From positions 4,048,399 to 4,112,398 of the forward strand of contig MU053934.1 of the NCBI GenBank assembly GCA_013239625.1: a stretch of 64,000 nucleotides of DNA. The letters are read 5' to 3'. A program made the position numbers and the translations under genes. Below, one piece after another: positions 52,964 to 64,000 of the stretch (position 1 is its first letter; every line of letters begins with the position of its first letter). The DNA comes from Lama guanicoe (taxonomy: Eukaryota). The notes under the pieces are model-generated. The model saw only the letters and a program-made list of their open reading frames with translations. It was not told the DNA's origin and did no database searches.

Positions 52964-54342
52964 ATTGAAAGGTGAGCAGCAGAAAAATAATCAATTCTGG
53001 AAAATAAGAAATATTAAAAAGTAGTCATAGATCATACAATACAAAAATCCTTTGCTTATAGACCTTCTTGATTTCATTTCAGTTACCAAGGACCAGAAGG
53101 ACAACTAGAAAAACATTTAGTTTGGAATGACTGGGCTGGCCTACCTTCTTTCTGGGAGGCATGTGGCATTCTTTTGTCAGTGTGGGTATGTGGCAGTGGG
53201 GGGACTTAGTTTCTTTTCTTTCCCTCAAAACTTGGCCACTTTGTATCATTTTTTGATTTCCTATAGCACAATTAATCATGACTGATATCTTTTTTGCTGT
53301 CTTGAAATGTTATTTAAAAGTAGAATATTAAAATTTAGACTATTAGAATTCTATACTGTTATTTAAACTTTCATGTTTATGTTAACAGCACTCTAAGAAT
53401 CTAAATCAGTCTTCCTGTTCTTCACTAGCACCTAGAACGTAACATATCTTCAATGAATAGATACTATTTTTCTCATGTATGAGGAATATTTCCCTGCTTG
53501 TAAATTATGAATGGGCTTTCTTGTAAGATATATATTTTTGTTTCATAAAACATTAGATGTATTTTATTTTGTATTATTTACTAGTTTCATGATTTTTTTT
53601 AAGATTTAAAATTATGGTGGCTACCCAATATTATAATATGATAAAATATTAGGGCCAATAAGCAGAATCTTTAACACTGTAGTAATTGTTCTAAGAGCTC
53701 AGGAATCTGCAAGGCATAACGTGTCCACCGGAAAAATGTAGTCCAAGTAATCAGTTTCCTTGGTCTATTCCATCTCCTCACTGAATACCAAAGTCAGGGG
53801 TTGGGCCCAGCAGAAGGGGAACAAGGTACTAAAGTAGAGATATGGTCGCTATCACCTAGTACCGCTGAACAGCCGAGTATTCGAGGCAAACAAGGAGACC
53901 GTGTAAATGGAATCTTCTGGAAGGTGGTCCCTAGGTCTGATAGCTAATCATATATTTGATTACCCCAAATTGCACATTGTCTTTTCTTTTCTCCTAGATA
54001 AAGGAAAAGATTGTTCTCCATCTTTTTCAAGAAGCAATTAACAGTGAACAGTTGGATCTAAAGTAGGGCTCCCAGGCACCGTGGCCTAAGGCGCCCCGCA
54101 ACAGGAGGCCTGGTCGCACAGCCACCGGTTGTTTTCCTTACACCCGACTTCCTCATAAGGAGGCCAAGAAGGCTTCTTCGAGACTTAAGTCTGACTTGGT
54201 TTAAAAATAAGGATACTGGAACTCCCTACAGATCACTTGAGATTCCTTCTGGGGGCGGGGGAGGGGCGGGGGCAGGACGCACAAACGACCATCAAGCATC
54301 ACCAAGGAAAGGAACCCTCGAGCTTCCCCTCAGATTTTTCAC

Positions 54343-54500
54343 CTGCCTTTCCTTTTTGCCACAAACCCCACTCGTACCCACAATCTATCCAAGGTTTTCC
54401 AAGTGAATTCCTTCCGCCTCCCGACCGGCTCTTCCAGTCTTCAGGGATTCTGACTCGGAACCAGAACACGGAGACTGCCGGCCCGCGCGTCGCTGACGGA
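54343..54500 (-). other. DMC1: Probable non-coding DMC1 exon 1 (donor either GTACGA after 54378 or GTGAAA after 54343; TSS approximate)
   Basis: Inside the CpG island upstream of exon 2, which has an acceptor; two candidate donors. Confidence 0.5.
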
Positions 54501-54605
54501 GAGGTTTGGCGCCAAAAGACTTTCGGGAGCTCGCGGGTTGTGGGTGGGGCAAGGACTAAGTGGGCGGGCTCACCGTGGGCGGTGCGGCGGGCGGGGGCGG
54601 GGGCG

Positions 54606-54756
54606 NNNNNNNNNNNNNNNNNNNNNNNNNNNNNNNNNNNNNNNNNNNNNNNNNNNNNNNNNNNNNNNNNNNNNNNNNNNNNNNNNNNNNNNNNNNNNNN
54701 NNNNNNNNNNNNNNNNNNNNNNNNNNNNNNNNNNNNNNNNNNNNNNNNNNNNNNNN
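54606..54756. other. Assembly gap (151 N)
   Basis: Run of N. Confidence 1.
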
Positions 54757-56229
54757 TGAGGGTGGCGTGCGGGTTGAAGGATTGCGCTGAGGTGGAGGGA
54801 GTGTGCTGAGGAGGAGGAGTCGGATGGAGACTGGGGCGTCTCTAGAGCGGAGAGAGATGCTGAGGTCAGGGAGAGGACTCTGAGGTGGGGGCACCGAGGC
54901 GACGCATCGAAATTAGTGGGTACTGAGGTGGGCGCTGAGGGGAAGATAGGCTGGTGAGAGATAGAAGGCCCTTAGGTGGAATGTGTTCTGAGATGAGGAG
55001 AGTCCGCTGGAAAGGGGTCAGGAGGTAGAAGAGCCTGAAGCGGGGGAGGGGTGCTGAGTAGAGGTGAGTGACGTGGTGACAGGTGACAAACAGAATGCTT
55101 ATCTTAATCAGGATCCTCCGGTTAGGAGGTCGAATATGGGGATCTTTCCCCCTGCTCAAAGGTTTTCTTATAACTCCTAGTTTTTTATATCTGGCTTCAC
55201 ATTCTGTACCTAATACCTCAGTCATTGTACCTAATTTCTCTCCCTTCTCTTGACTCTCTTAACCATTTGCCACTCTCTAGTCTGTGAGTGAGGCACCCAA
55301 GGCCCATTCAGGATGGAGAGTAATTTTTCTTCGTCTTAACTTGAAAATTTAAATAGACAACAGAAGCCAAACATATTTTGGTCCAGCTTTTAAATAGAAA
55401 TTTTAGGCCACCCTTCATTCCAGCAGAGCCATCTCTGGCAGCATCATCCTCTTCCCCTTAAATGGAGACTGACTGTTGAGGAGAGTCATGAAACATTTGA
55501 AAGAGCATCTGTTGAGGTGGAGGCTGTGATGTATCTTGGATGAATATCTGTGCAAATTGTTCTTTGGGTTCAAGACCTAGTACAGGGTGACCCTTTTTCT
55601 TTAGCGTTTAAATCATTTTTTGCTGGAATAAATAGCAAAAATTCCCACAATAGCAGTTGGCATTTTGCAGGACATTCCTGTCCACCCCCCTCCCCCCGTG
55701 GATTGTTTAAAGAGCCAACAAATAACTGCCATAGCGCTTCAAAATCTGTTATTTTCCAGAAACATAGCCTATGTTAAATGGAAATCAATGCCCATTTTTG
55801 AGATGAATACGATAATGATGATAGGCTTTCACTTTGAGGACTCACCTAAAATAATTATAGTAACTTCTGAGCAACTTGTTAGATGGAGACATCAACTGTA
55901 CAGAAGAGCTGCAAAGAGCACAGCAAGATGATTTAGGGAAATATAACATATGTAGTTTGGTGTAGTGACAGCTGGGAGAGAGAAATGTTCATAATATTTG
56001 AAGGTTGTGTGCAGTACACTTAAAGAAAGAAACTGAAATGAGCTTGGTAATGACAAATTCATGAAGTGAGGATAAAAATATTGTTTGGATATCATATTGA
56101 TGGTTATATACAACTTCAAAATTTAAAAAAAACCCTAAAACCCTGGGGTAGTCAAAAAGTACATTTGAAGATCTTTCCACTCAAATCAGGACAAAAAAGA
56201 CTAATCTTTAATATCTTACACAGTTCTGA

Positions 56230-56540
56230 ATATGATGAAGGTGGTTTTTCAAATCAGTGGGGAAATGAGTTCAGTGAATGGTGTTGGAACAAACTTAGGT
56301 AGTCATCTGGAAGAAAAATAAAATTGGAACCATACTTCACACCTTATACCAAAATAAATTCCAGATGGATCAAGAAATTAAATCTGAACAATAATAAAAG
56401 TGCTAGAAGAAAACATGAGACAATTTTTTTATTATCTCAGAATAAGAAAAATCTTTTTAAGTGTTACACAAAATTCAGAAGCCATAAAAGACTTTTAAGA
56501 ATGACTGTATTAGAGAAAAATCCTGCATGGCAAAATGCTA
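56230..56540 (+). mobile_element. Old L1 ORF2 fragment
   Basis: ORF 56324..56554 begins [19 protein letters not shown], a typical L1 ORF2 motif. Confidence 0.75.
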
Positions 56541-58269
56541 CTTTCCTATCCTAGATATAGAGCATGGCAAGCCAGAGCTTTTGTGTCAGTTAGTAACCAA
56601 TTAGTAATTGTGCCAATCAGCTGTCCCAATTTCTCAAAGCCTTCAGTGAGTCCACAAGTTCTTTACAAAATTTTTTAAATTTGTGTGATTTTAATTATAC
56701 TAAGAAATTAAAAAAAAAAAAGCAGTGGGATTACAGGCAACCTGAATTTTAAACCACTACACTTTACTGCCCCTCTGTGGACAACCACCTTATAATCAAA
56801 TAGAAGCATATGCTTCTACTGTGCATAGCTGAGTTTCCTCAAACTGGTGCTTGTGGTTGTATATTCTTGGTTTCAAGAGCTCAAATTTGAGAAATGCTTC
56901 AGTAGAGAAGTAAGGAATGAAGGATCATCCGAAAGAGAGAATTTCACTGGGTACATCTCCCCTTAAACACATTTAATTCACTCAAGAAAATGCTATTAAA
57001 TCCCTATTATTTGTCAGACACTGTGCTAGGTGTTGGGTGCCAGGGATTCAACAACAAACAAGATACAAACCCTAGTGGGGGCTATAGATAAATATATAGG
57101 CAATTACAGTAGCATGTATACATACACATACATACATATCAGTCATTTGAGGCTTTCTTATTTACTTAGATTTACTTTGAAAAAAAATTCCAACTTTGGC
57201 ACATAGCTGCCCAGAGAGGCATGGCCATGACTGTTTAGTTAACCGACATTCATTAAACACTGCTTGTTCCCAGCTCTCTGCTGGATATGGAGATAAAGAC
57301 AGGTCTATGCTCTTAAGAAGACAGATACAAAAATAGATAATTACACATAGGATGAGATAAGAGGGATTATACATGCAATTGGTAACCAAGTAGACCTCTC
57401 CCTGGAGAATCCTCACAGAGGTGGTGACCCTTAATTTGGGGCTGGAAGGATAAGTGAGGATTTGCCAGCTGGACAGGCTGGGAAAGGCAGAGGGAACACA
57501 GAGGCTTATTTAGGGAGCTGCAAGTGGTTCGGCTGGAGTGAAAGGTCCTAGGGAGAAAGGAACTCTTAGAAGCCAAAGATAACATTTGATGATAGCTAAC
57601 ACAGCACTTAACTGCTTTCCACAGATTAATGCATCCACTCCACACAAAGATACTGTAAGGTAGGAAATATTATTATCTCTACTTACAGATGATGGAACTG
57701 AGGTACCACAAGGTTAAGTAACTTGCCCAATGTTCACAGTCTGGCTCCAGTATCCAGGCTCCCAGCCAATATGCTAAACCAGTATGTGGCAGACTTTGTA
57801 TGTTTATAAGTGGTTTTATTTTCCATTTTAGAAGCATGGTATAAGCACACATAGGAGTGGCAACTATGCCAGACTGATAGTACAGTTCAGCCATTTACTA
57901 GCTGTGTGGTTTTGGGGAAAAATTATTTAAACATCTTTATGCCTCAGTTTTCTCATCTGAAAATGAAGAATAATATTAGTACCGAGTTGTAGTGAGAATT
58001 AAATAGGTTAATACACTTCAAGTATTTGGGCTGCTGTGTGGAAAATGGATTGGAGGGGGCAGGCAGGAGGGCAAGGAGAATACCTAGGAGAACACTGTAA
58101 AAGTCCAAGTCAGGGGTATTGGTGGCTTCAACCATGAAAATCCTCTATTTGAAAATGGGAAAAACTGTAGGCCACTCATAGGGCTTTAGGAGAAGACAAA
58201 ATAATGTGTAAAAATATGCTTAAAAGTATCTAGTCCCTAGTAGTGTCTTTAAAGTTTTTAAGAAAAAGG

Positions 58270-59990
58270 GTATAATATTCTATCACTCAACTTCAATCTT
58301 CAACACATAGCCAGTCCTGTACCTCCATCAACTTCTTCCCTGTCATATTATTTTGAAGCAAATTCTACGTGTCATATAATTTCATCTGTAAATGTGTCAG
58401 GTTGTATCTCCAAAAGATAAGGACTCTTAAAAAACATAACTATAATACCATGGTCACACCCCCAAAATTATAATTTTTAAAACTGAATATCCAGGCAGCA
58501 TTCAGCTATCCAATTGTCTCATAAATGCCATATATTTTTTGAAGTTTGTATCAACTGGGATCCAAAAAATGTCTGCATGTTGTAATTTATTGATGCTTTT
58601 TAGATCTCTCTTAATCTACAGATTTCCCTTTTTCCCTTGCAATCTGTTTTTTAAAAAATGGAGTCATTTGTTCTGGAGTTTTCCATACCTAGATTTTGCT
58701 GATTTCATCCTCTTGCTGTCACTTAACATGCTCCTCTACCCTTTGTATTTCCTATTATGATAGTTGGAGCTAGAGTCCAGATCAGACCCAGATTTGATTA
58801 TTTGGTAAAGACTATTTCATAGGTGTTGTTGTAGTCTACTACCACAAGATATTTAATGGCTTTTTATCATTTGGGGATGTGAGTAGCAACCTACATCTAT
58901 TAATTCATTAGGGTTTGCAAAATGGTAACATTTCAAGTAGGTGGAACATTTCTAAAAGAGAAACTTCCCTCATCTATTGTTTACTTGCTGATACAGTTCA
59001 TATGTATGATAAATGTTGATTTCCCCCCCCTTTATTTGCTAGTTTTGAAAATAATGAATTGGTTCCCTAGTACACTTCAATGGTGACCAATTAATTTTTT
59101 AAAGTAATGATCTGGGGGGAGGGTATAGCTCAGTGGTCGAGTGCATGCCTAGCATGCACTAGGTCCTGGGTTCAAGCCCCAGTACCTCCATTAAATAAAT
59201 AGATGAATAAACCTAATTAACTCTTCCCCCCCAAAAGATTAATTTAAAAAATAATAAATAAAATAATAATAAATAAATTTTTTAAAAAGTAATGTATGGG
59301 TGAAAACATGTTTGACATGCTATTATCCATGACAATTATTATTATTATGGATGCTCAAATTGTCCCATCTTCAGCTAATGGGGTCCTCTCTACGTTGGCT
59401 CCCCAGTCGTTCTGACGGGATTCTCATCTTTGGTATCTTCCTTGCTGTCTAGTACAACAAGATGTTCAATTATCTTTTTAGTGCAAATAGTATTTCAAAA
59501 CCACAGTCCGGGTCATTGCTATTGGGTCAGTCTTTATTTCTAGGTCATTTCAATGGACAAAGTTAGTACATATTTTTTTAAAAGCTTTACTGAGGTATAA
59601 ATAACATACAAGAAAGTGAACATATTTAAAGTATGTGTCTAGTGTGTGAACCTGTGAACCCTTCACCACAATGAAGATAGTGAACATATCCCATGATCAT
59701 CCCCAAAAGTTTCTTTGGGCCTCTTTGTTATCTCTTTCATCTTCTCCTTCCTTCCCTCTTTGGCTACTCCCACCCCCACTCCTTAAGCAACAATTTGCCT
59801 GATAAAGATAAAATACATCCTCAATTCATAATAAATCCAAAATCAGGATTTTAGGATTTTAACTCCATTTCTTCTAGTTTAACATCTGAATTTCCTTACT
59901 TCCATGCTAAGAATACTGGTTTCTCAGCAACACAGGAATGAAAGAATTGGAGTATCACACAATTACTCATTTGCTTTATCCCAAATTACA
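58270..59990 (-). mobile_element. Degraded old L1M region hosting a younger SINE
   Basis: ttattttgaagcaaat...tatctccaaaagataaggactctt...gatgctcaaattgtccca; similar to the L1M relic at 45560-46980; boundaries approximate. Confidence 0.65.
59114..59283 (+). mobile_element. Vic-1-like SINE with TSD AAAGTAATG
   Basis: A/B boxes, A-rich tail and TSD read directly. Confidence 0.88.
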
Positions 59991-62719
59991 GTAAATGCTT
60001 CTTAAATGTTAGTTCCCTTTGATGCTCTACCCTCCTCCCTGGCCCCCTTATAAAAGGCAAAGAATTACTCACCATAATTTTCCCTTCTAATATTTACAAA
60101 GAGCAGAGACAGATCTTTTCAACTTGGACTTCCTGAGAGGCCTATGGTTATGAGTCCTCAGTAATTTCTAAAAGGAGTCCATGCAGGAATGGTCTTGGAC
60201 CCAAGCTGTGCAAAGGATCATTCTGAAAGACAGCAATTCAGTTTGCCCTGGGCCCAGCAAACCAGGAGGCCTTTCTGGGTGGGGGCTAGTGGTAGAGATA
60301 GATAGGAAAACAGGCAATTACAACCACTATGGTAACTACTACCCTAACGGGGCTGTATGAAAGTCTTTGGGAACATGCAGGAAGTGCACATGTGCCAACT
60401 TTGAAGATGGTGTATCAGGGAAGGCTTCCTGGAGGAGGGGATGACTACACAAGGTCCTTAAGGAGGAGCAGGAATGAGCAATGTAGGAAGTTAATGGTGA
60501 AGAGGAAGAAGGGATTTTCAAGTACAGAAGAAGCACCAGGCAAAAGGCCCAGAAATAGGACAGCACATGGCTCCTAGAGAAACTGCAAATAAAGAGCTGA
60601 TTGTGGCTTGGGAAGTAAAGGGAAAGCAAGAAAGTTATCTGGTTATCTGAGCCATGTGGTGCCTTGTACATGTCAGGTACTCAACATGTCCTGGTTTCAG
60701 AAGAGGAGTATACCTTTTAACAGCAATGATAACAACAACAATAATAATAGCTGGTAGCAATTACCAAGTGAAATACTCTATGCCAGGAACTTTGGATAAA
60801 TTATCTCATTTAACCATCACAACAACACTACCCTCCTAGGCAGGTATTCCCTTTCGCATTTAAGAAAACAAGTTCAGAAAAGTCAAGTCACAACAGCTAC
60901 TAGGCCTAACGGCACACATCTACTACGAAGCAGGGCAGGGACCCAAAGCCCTGAATTTTCTGAGGGCAAAGCTTGAGCTCCTTCCTTTCACCCTTCCTCC
61001 TTCCCTTTATTTGGGTAATGTTTCACCTAGAATTACACTCAGGGTCAAGAAGATGTGTATCTGTGGGAGACACCACAGGTCTCAAGAAGGTACTTAACTA
61101 CTTCTTGGTTCAGGCAAACAGCCATCTGCTTGATTTTCCTCTTGGCTCTGCCAGGTGGACTGTTTCTAACACAGACCAGATTACTCCCTTGTGCCTTTTG
61201 AGGCCCAAATGATAAAGGCCAAACCCCTCAGCCTAGCTGCAGGTCCTTCCACACATTAGCTCCTCTACCTCTGAGCCTCAGTGAAGTCTCTCTCGTCTTG
61301 GTTTTTCTTGGATTCCACACTGATCTCTGACACAGCATTAACGCAGTTATTGGTTTACACATCCTCCCCTCTTCCAGACTGTGTGTTCTCTCAGGTTAGG
61401 GACCATGTTTGTTCATTTCTGTATCCACAGGATCTGGTACGTGCAGGCATGGTATAGGATAGACACTGGTGAGTGCTTTCTCAACCTCTCCAAGCCCCAG
61501 TGTCCTCTGAGAAGAAACAGAGGTAACAACGCCCACCTGCGGGGAGGAGAGGGCAGGAGGGTTAAACTGACACAATGTCTAAAAAGGACTTAGAGCAATC
61601 AGAACATAATAAATACTCAATAAATGATGTCTCCTATGATTACTGTGTTACATAATAATATTATATAGTCTACAGTGTTATTATTAATGAACAAGTGAAT
61701 GAAAGAATTAGTAAGTACATTCATGAATGAGGTGATTTAACATCAATTTAATCCTGACTTTGGCCCAGGATAGAAGTGGACTTTAATATTCTTTGTCCTA
61801 TGGACTGAGAATGACAAAATGTATTGCAGTATTATTTTTTACTTGTTTGTTTTGTTGTTCCAGTTTTAGATCAAATCCAACAACATGTTCAGGTTTCACC
61901 CCCAAAATTCTTCCGATTCTTGAACAAGGCTTCATGCAGGTCAGTTGGAAGGTAACAGGATAAGGAAGACTACTTCATTTTTCTGCACTGGTTTTGACTT
62001 CTTGGTGACCTCTCTGTGGATGAACCATAAAGACATAAACTGAAACAGATTTAAACACCAGTGCAATCAAGAGAATGAAGAAGGGAATCCCCATGATTAT
62101 ATGAACAGTCTAGAAATCAACCACTTAGAGTGAAGCAGGTCAGAAGGCTGGGAAATGAAGGTGAAATTGATAAGACTATATAAAGTGTCTGAATGTACTA
62201 GGAGATTATACAACCAATTTGGAGAATTTAGAGATAAACAATGATAAGTACATAAAAAAAAAAAAGAAAACAGGCAGATTAAAGAGACTTAGTTCCAGGG
62301 GTAGCAAAACATTCTGCAAGAAAATAAAAATAACCAAAGTATACTCTATAGCTCAGGGCAATGGTGTTGACTGTACACCAGTGCTGATTAATGATCCAAC
62401 CAAACTCACAACAGAACACGGAGAGGATGGGAAATGGGAAGTGTGTGCATGTGAGAGAGAACCTAGTCGTTACCTTTCCTAGTGGGAATTCAATAAGCAA
62501 TGCCTAACACTGGAAAAGCAAGGAACCAGAGCACCATGGTAATTTAGACATATGGAGGAAAACAAACACCAAAACACCAGTTAAGAAAGTGAAAGGGGGT
62601 CTGGAGGAGTGCAATTTTTTGTAACAAGCTTTGTAGAAATATTAATTCGTTAATTTAATAAGCCTATATTATGCTTTGCATCAGTTAATCCAATCAGTTA
62701 ATTTAATATGTACTTATGT

Positions 62720-62925
62720 ATTACTTTACATCAGGCACTGTTCTAAGTGCTTTACAAATGTTAACCAGTTTAATCCTCATAACAACCTTCTGCTATACAT
62801 ATTATCATTCCCATTTTACAAATAAAGAAACGGAGACGTACAGAAGTTAAGTAAGTGCTCAAGGTTACACAGTTAGTAGGTCTTGGAGCTGAGAGTAAAA
62901 CTCAGGTGGTCTGATCCAGAGCTGC
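62720..62925. mobile_element. MIR SINE
   Basis: caggcactgttctaagtgctttaca...tttaatcctcataacaacc...cccattttacaaataaagaaacggag. Confidence 0.8.
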
Positions 62926-63699
62926 CTCTCTAGTTGATTCTTAAAGGATGAATATGTATTACTTTAATTAAAATAAAAACAAAAATTTAAAAATCTATAT
63001 GTGACCTTTTAAGAGGATTTATTCCTAACTTTATGAGTATAGAGGCAAAGTTCTAAATGTAATCAGTTATTTTTTCTATAAGCAATTAACTGAAGCAGAA
63101 TGTTAAACACAAATTAGCTAATTTTCAATTCCCTCACCAAGAATTCGCTGAATTCCTACTATGTGCCAGCCACAGGAGCAGGTGCAGGAGACTCAATGCT
63201 CAATGAGAAAAGGTCCCTGAACTTGGGAGACTCACTGTACACGAAGGGAGACAGACAACTGTATGACTACAGTAGGACATATTTAGTAGATTATGTTTGG
63301 AAAAGAATGGAATACAAAATAGGCAATCACAGGGTAGTCTGGGGAGATTTCCTGGAGATGATGACCTCTGAGCAGGGCTTTACAGGTCAGACAGGAGTTA
63401 GCCAGACGATAAACTGTCTAAAGTATGTTCATGGAAGAGGAAAGACCAGTAAATACTCGTTAAAATGAACGGAATTGATTGGTCTCCTCTTCCATTCTGA
63501 AACACATGTCAAAACAATAGTATTTAAAGCCCCTCTTAACCTGGAGAGCTATAGCCCAAGCCAATGGGGTGCAAACCATGCTGCTAAACTCCAGTATCAG
63601 TGGTTGTTTCTCTAATCAAAGGAAAATATGAATTGATAAGACTTTCTTCATATTAAGCTTACCTTTTAAGCCTTCTCTTAAAAATAGTTAGATAGTAGT

Positions 63700-63900
63700 C
63701 CAGGCCCTGGGGTCTGACAGCTGGTTTCAAATCTGCCGGCTCGACTCCTTACCAAATGTGAGAGCCAGGGCAACAGTCACTAAACCTCTCTGAGCCTCAG
63801 TTGCCTCAGTTGTAAAATGAGGACAACATCCCGTATCTCACAGAGTGCTGTGAGAATTAAATAATACACGGATCATGCTTAGAACAAAGGCCTGGCAAAC
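63700..63900. mobile_element. MIR SINE
   Basis: acctctctgagcctcagtt..ctcagttgtaaaatgagga...tgtgagaattaaa. Confidence 0.8.
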
Positions 63901-64000
63901 ACAGCTCTGTTGTGTGCCACTGCTGAAGGTGATAATGAATAACTAAAAGTTACAATTAAGAAAAAAAATGAGTTGTAATTTCCTAACATATTATGTGTTG

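Larger units (their letters stand above)
54070..55100. promoter_or_regulatory. DMC1 CpG-island promoter with GC boxes, palindromic E2F-type site and CNCCTCAG cluster
   Basis: CpG-rich; GGGCGG repeats at 54253-54271 and 54577-54605; TTTGGCGCCAAA at 54505-54516. Confidence 0.85.

Noticed and set aside
54237..54894. Long ORFs at the DMC1 promoter
   Set aside because: Inflated by the N gap and GC richness; no recognisable protein
54787..55061. Regularly spaced CTGAGG units as a CRISPR-like array or minisatellite
   Set aside because: Units are only 6-8 nt with irregular spacing in a mammalian promoter; better explained as transcription-factor sites

Overview
Mammalian genomic DNA, probably camelid (alpaca/camel), judged from six copies of a tRNA-Ala-derived SINE resembling Vic-1. 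Two spliced genes lie on the minus strand. (1) DDX17 (p72/p82 DEAD-box helicase): exons 1-11 span about 10.2 kb down to position 462, and the gene runs off the left edge in intron 11. (2) DMC1 (meiotic recombinase) is complete: 13 coding exons from ATG at 52963 to TAG at 25183, which I summed to 1023 nt (340 aa + stop), with all splice phases consistent. Both genes have CpG-island promoters, and the DMC1 promoter contains a 151-N assembly gap. The rest is intronic or intergenic and rich in L1, L2, MIR, MLT/MER LTR and hAT/Tigger relics. I found no convincing evidence of a new gene system. The most interesting signals are regulatory: a same-strand cluster of STRA8-type CNCCTCAG motifs upstream of DMC1; a U12-type intron in DMC1 whose two flanking exons can be skipped together in frame; a conserved non-AUG N-terminal extension of DDX17 with CTA at the position of the annotated human start; a short retrocopy-like insert inside a MER2; and a ~55-bp direct repeat inside the U12 intron. 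Repeat family names come from recalled consensus sequences and were not searched. Exon numbering follows my recollection of the human genes.
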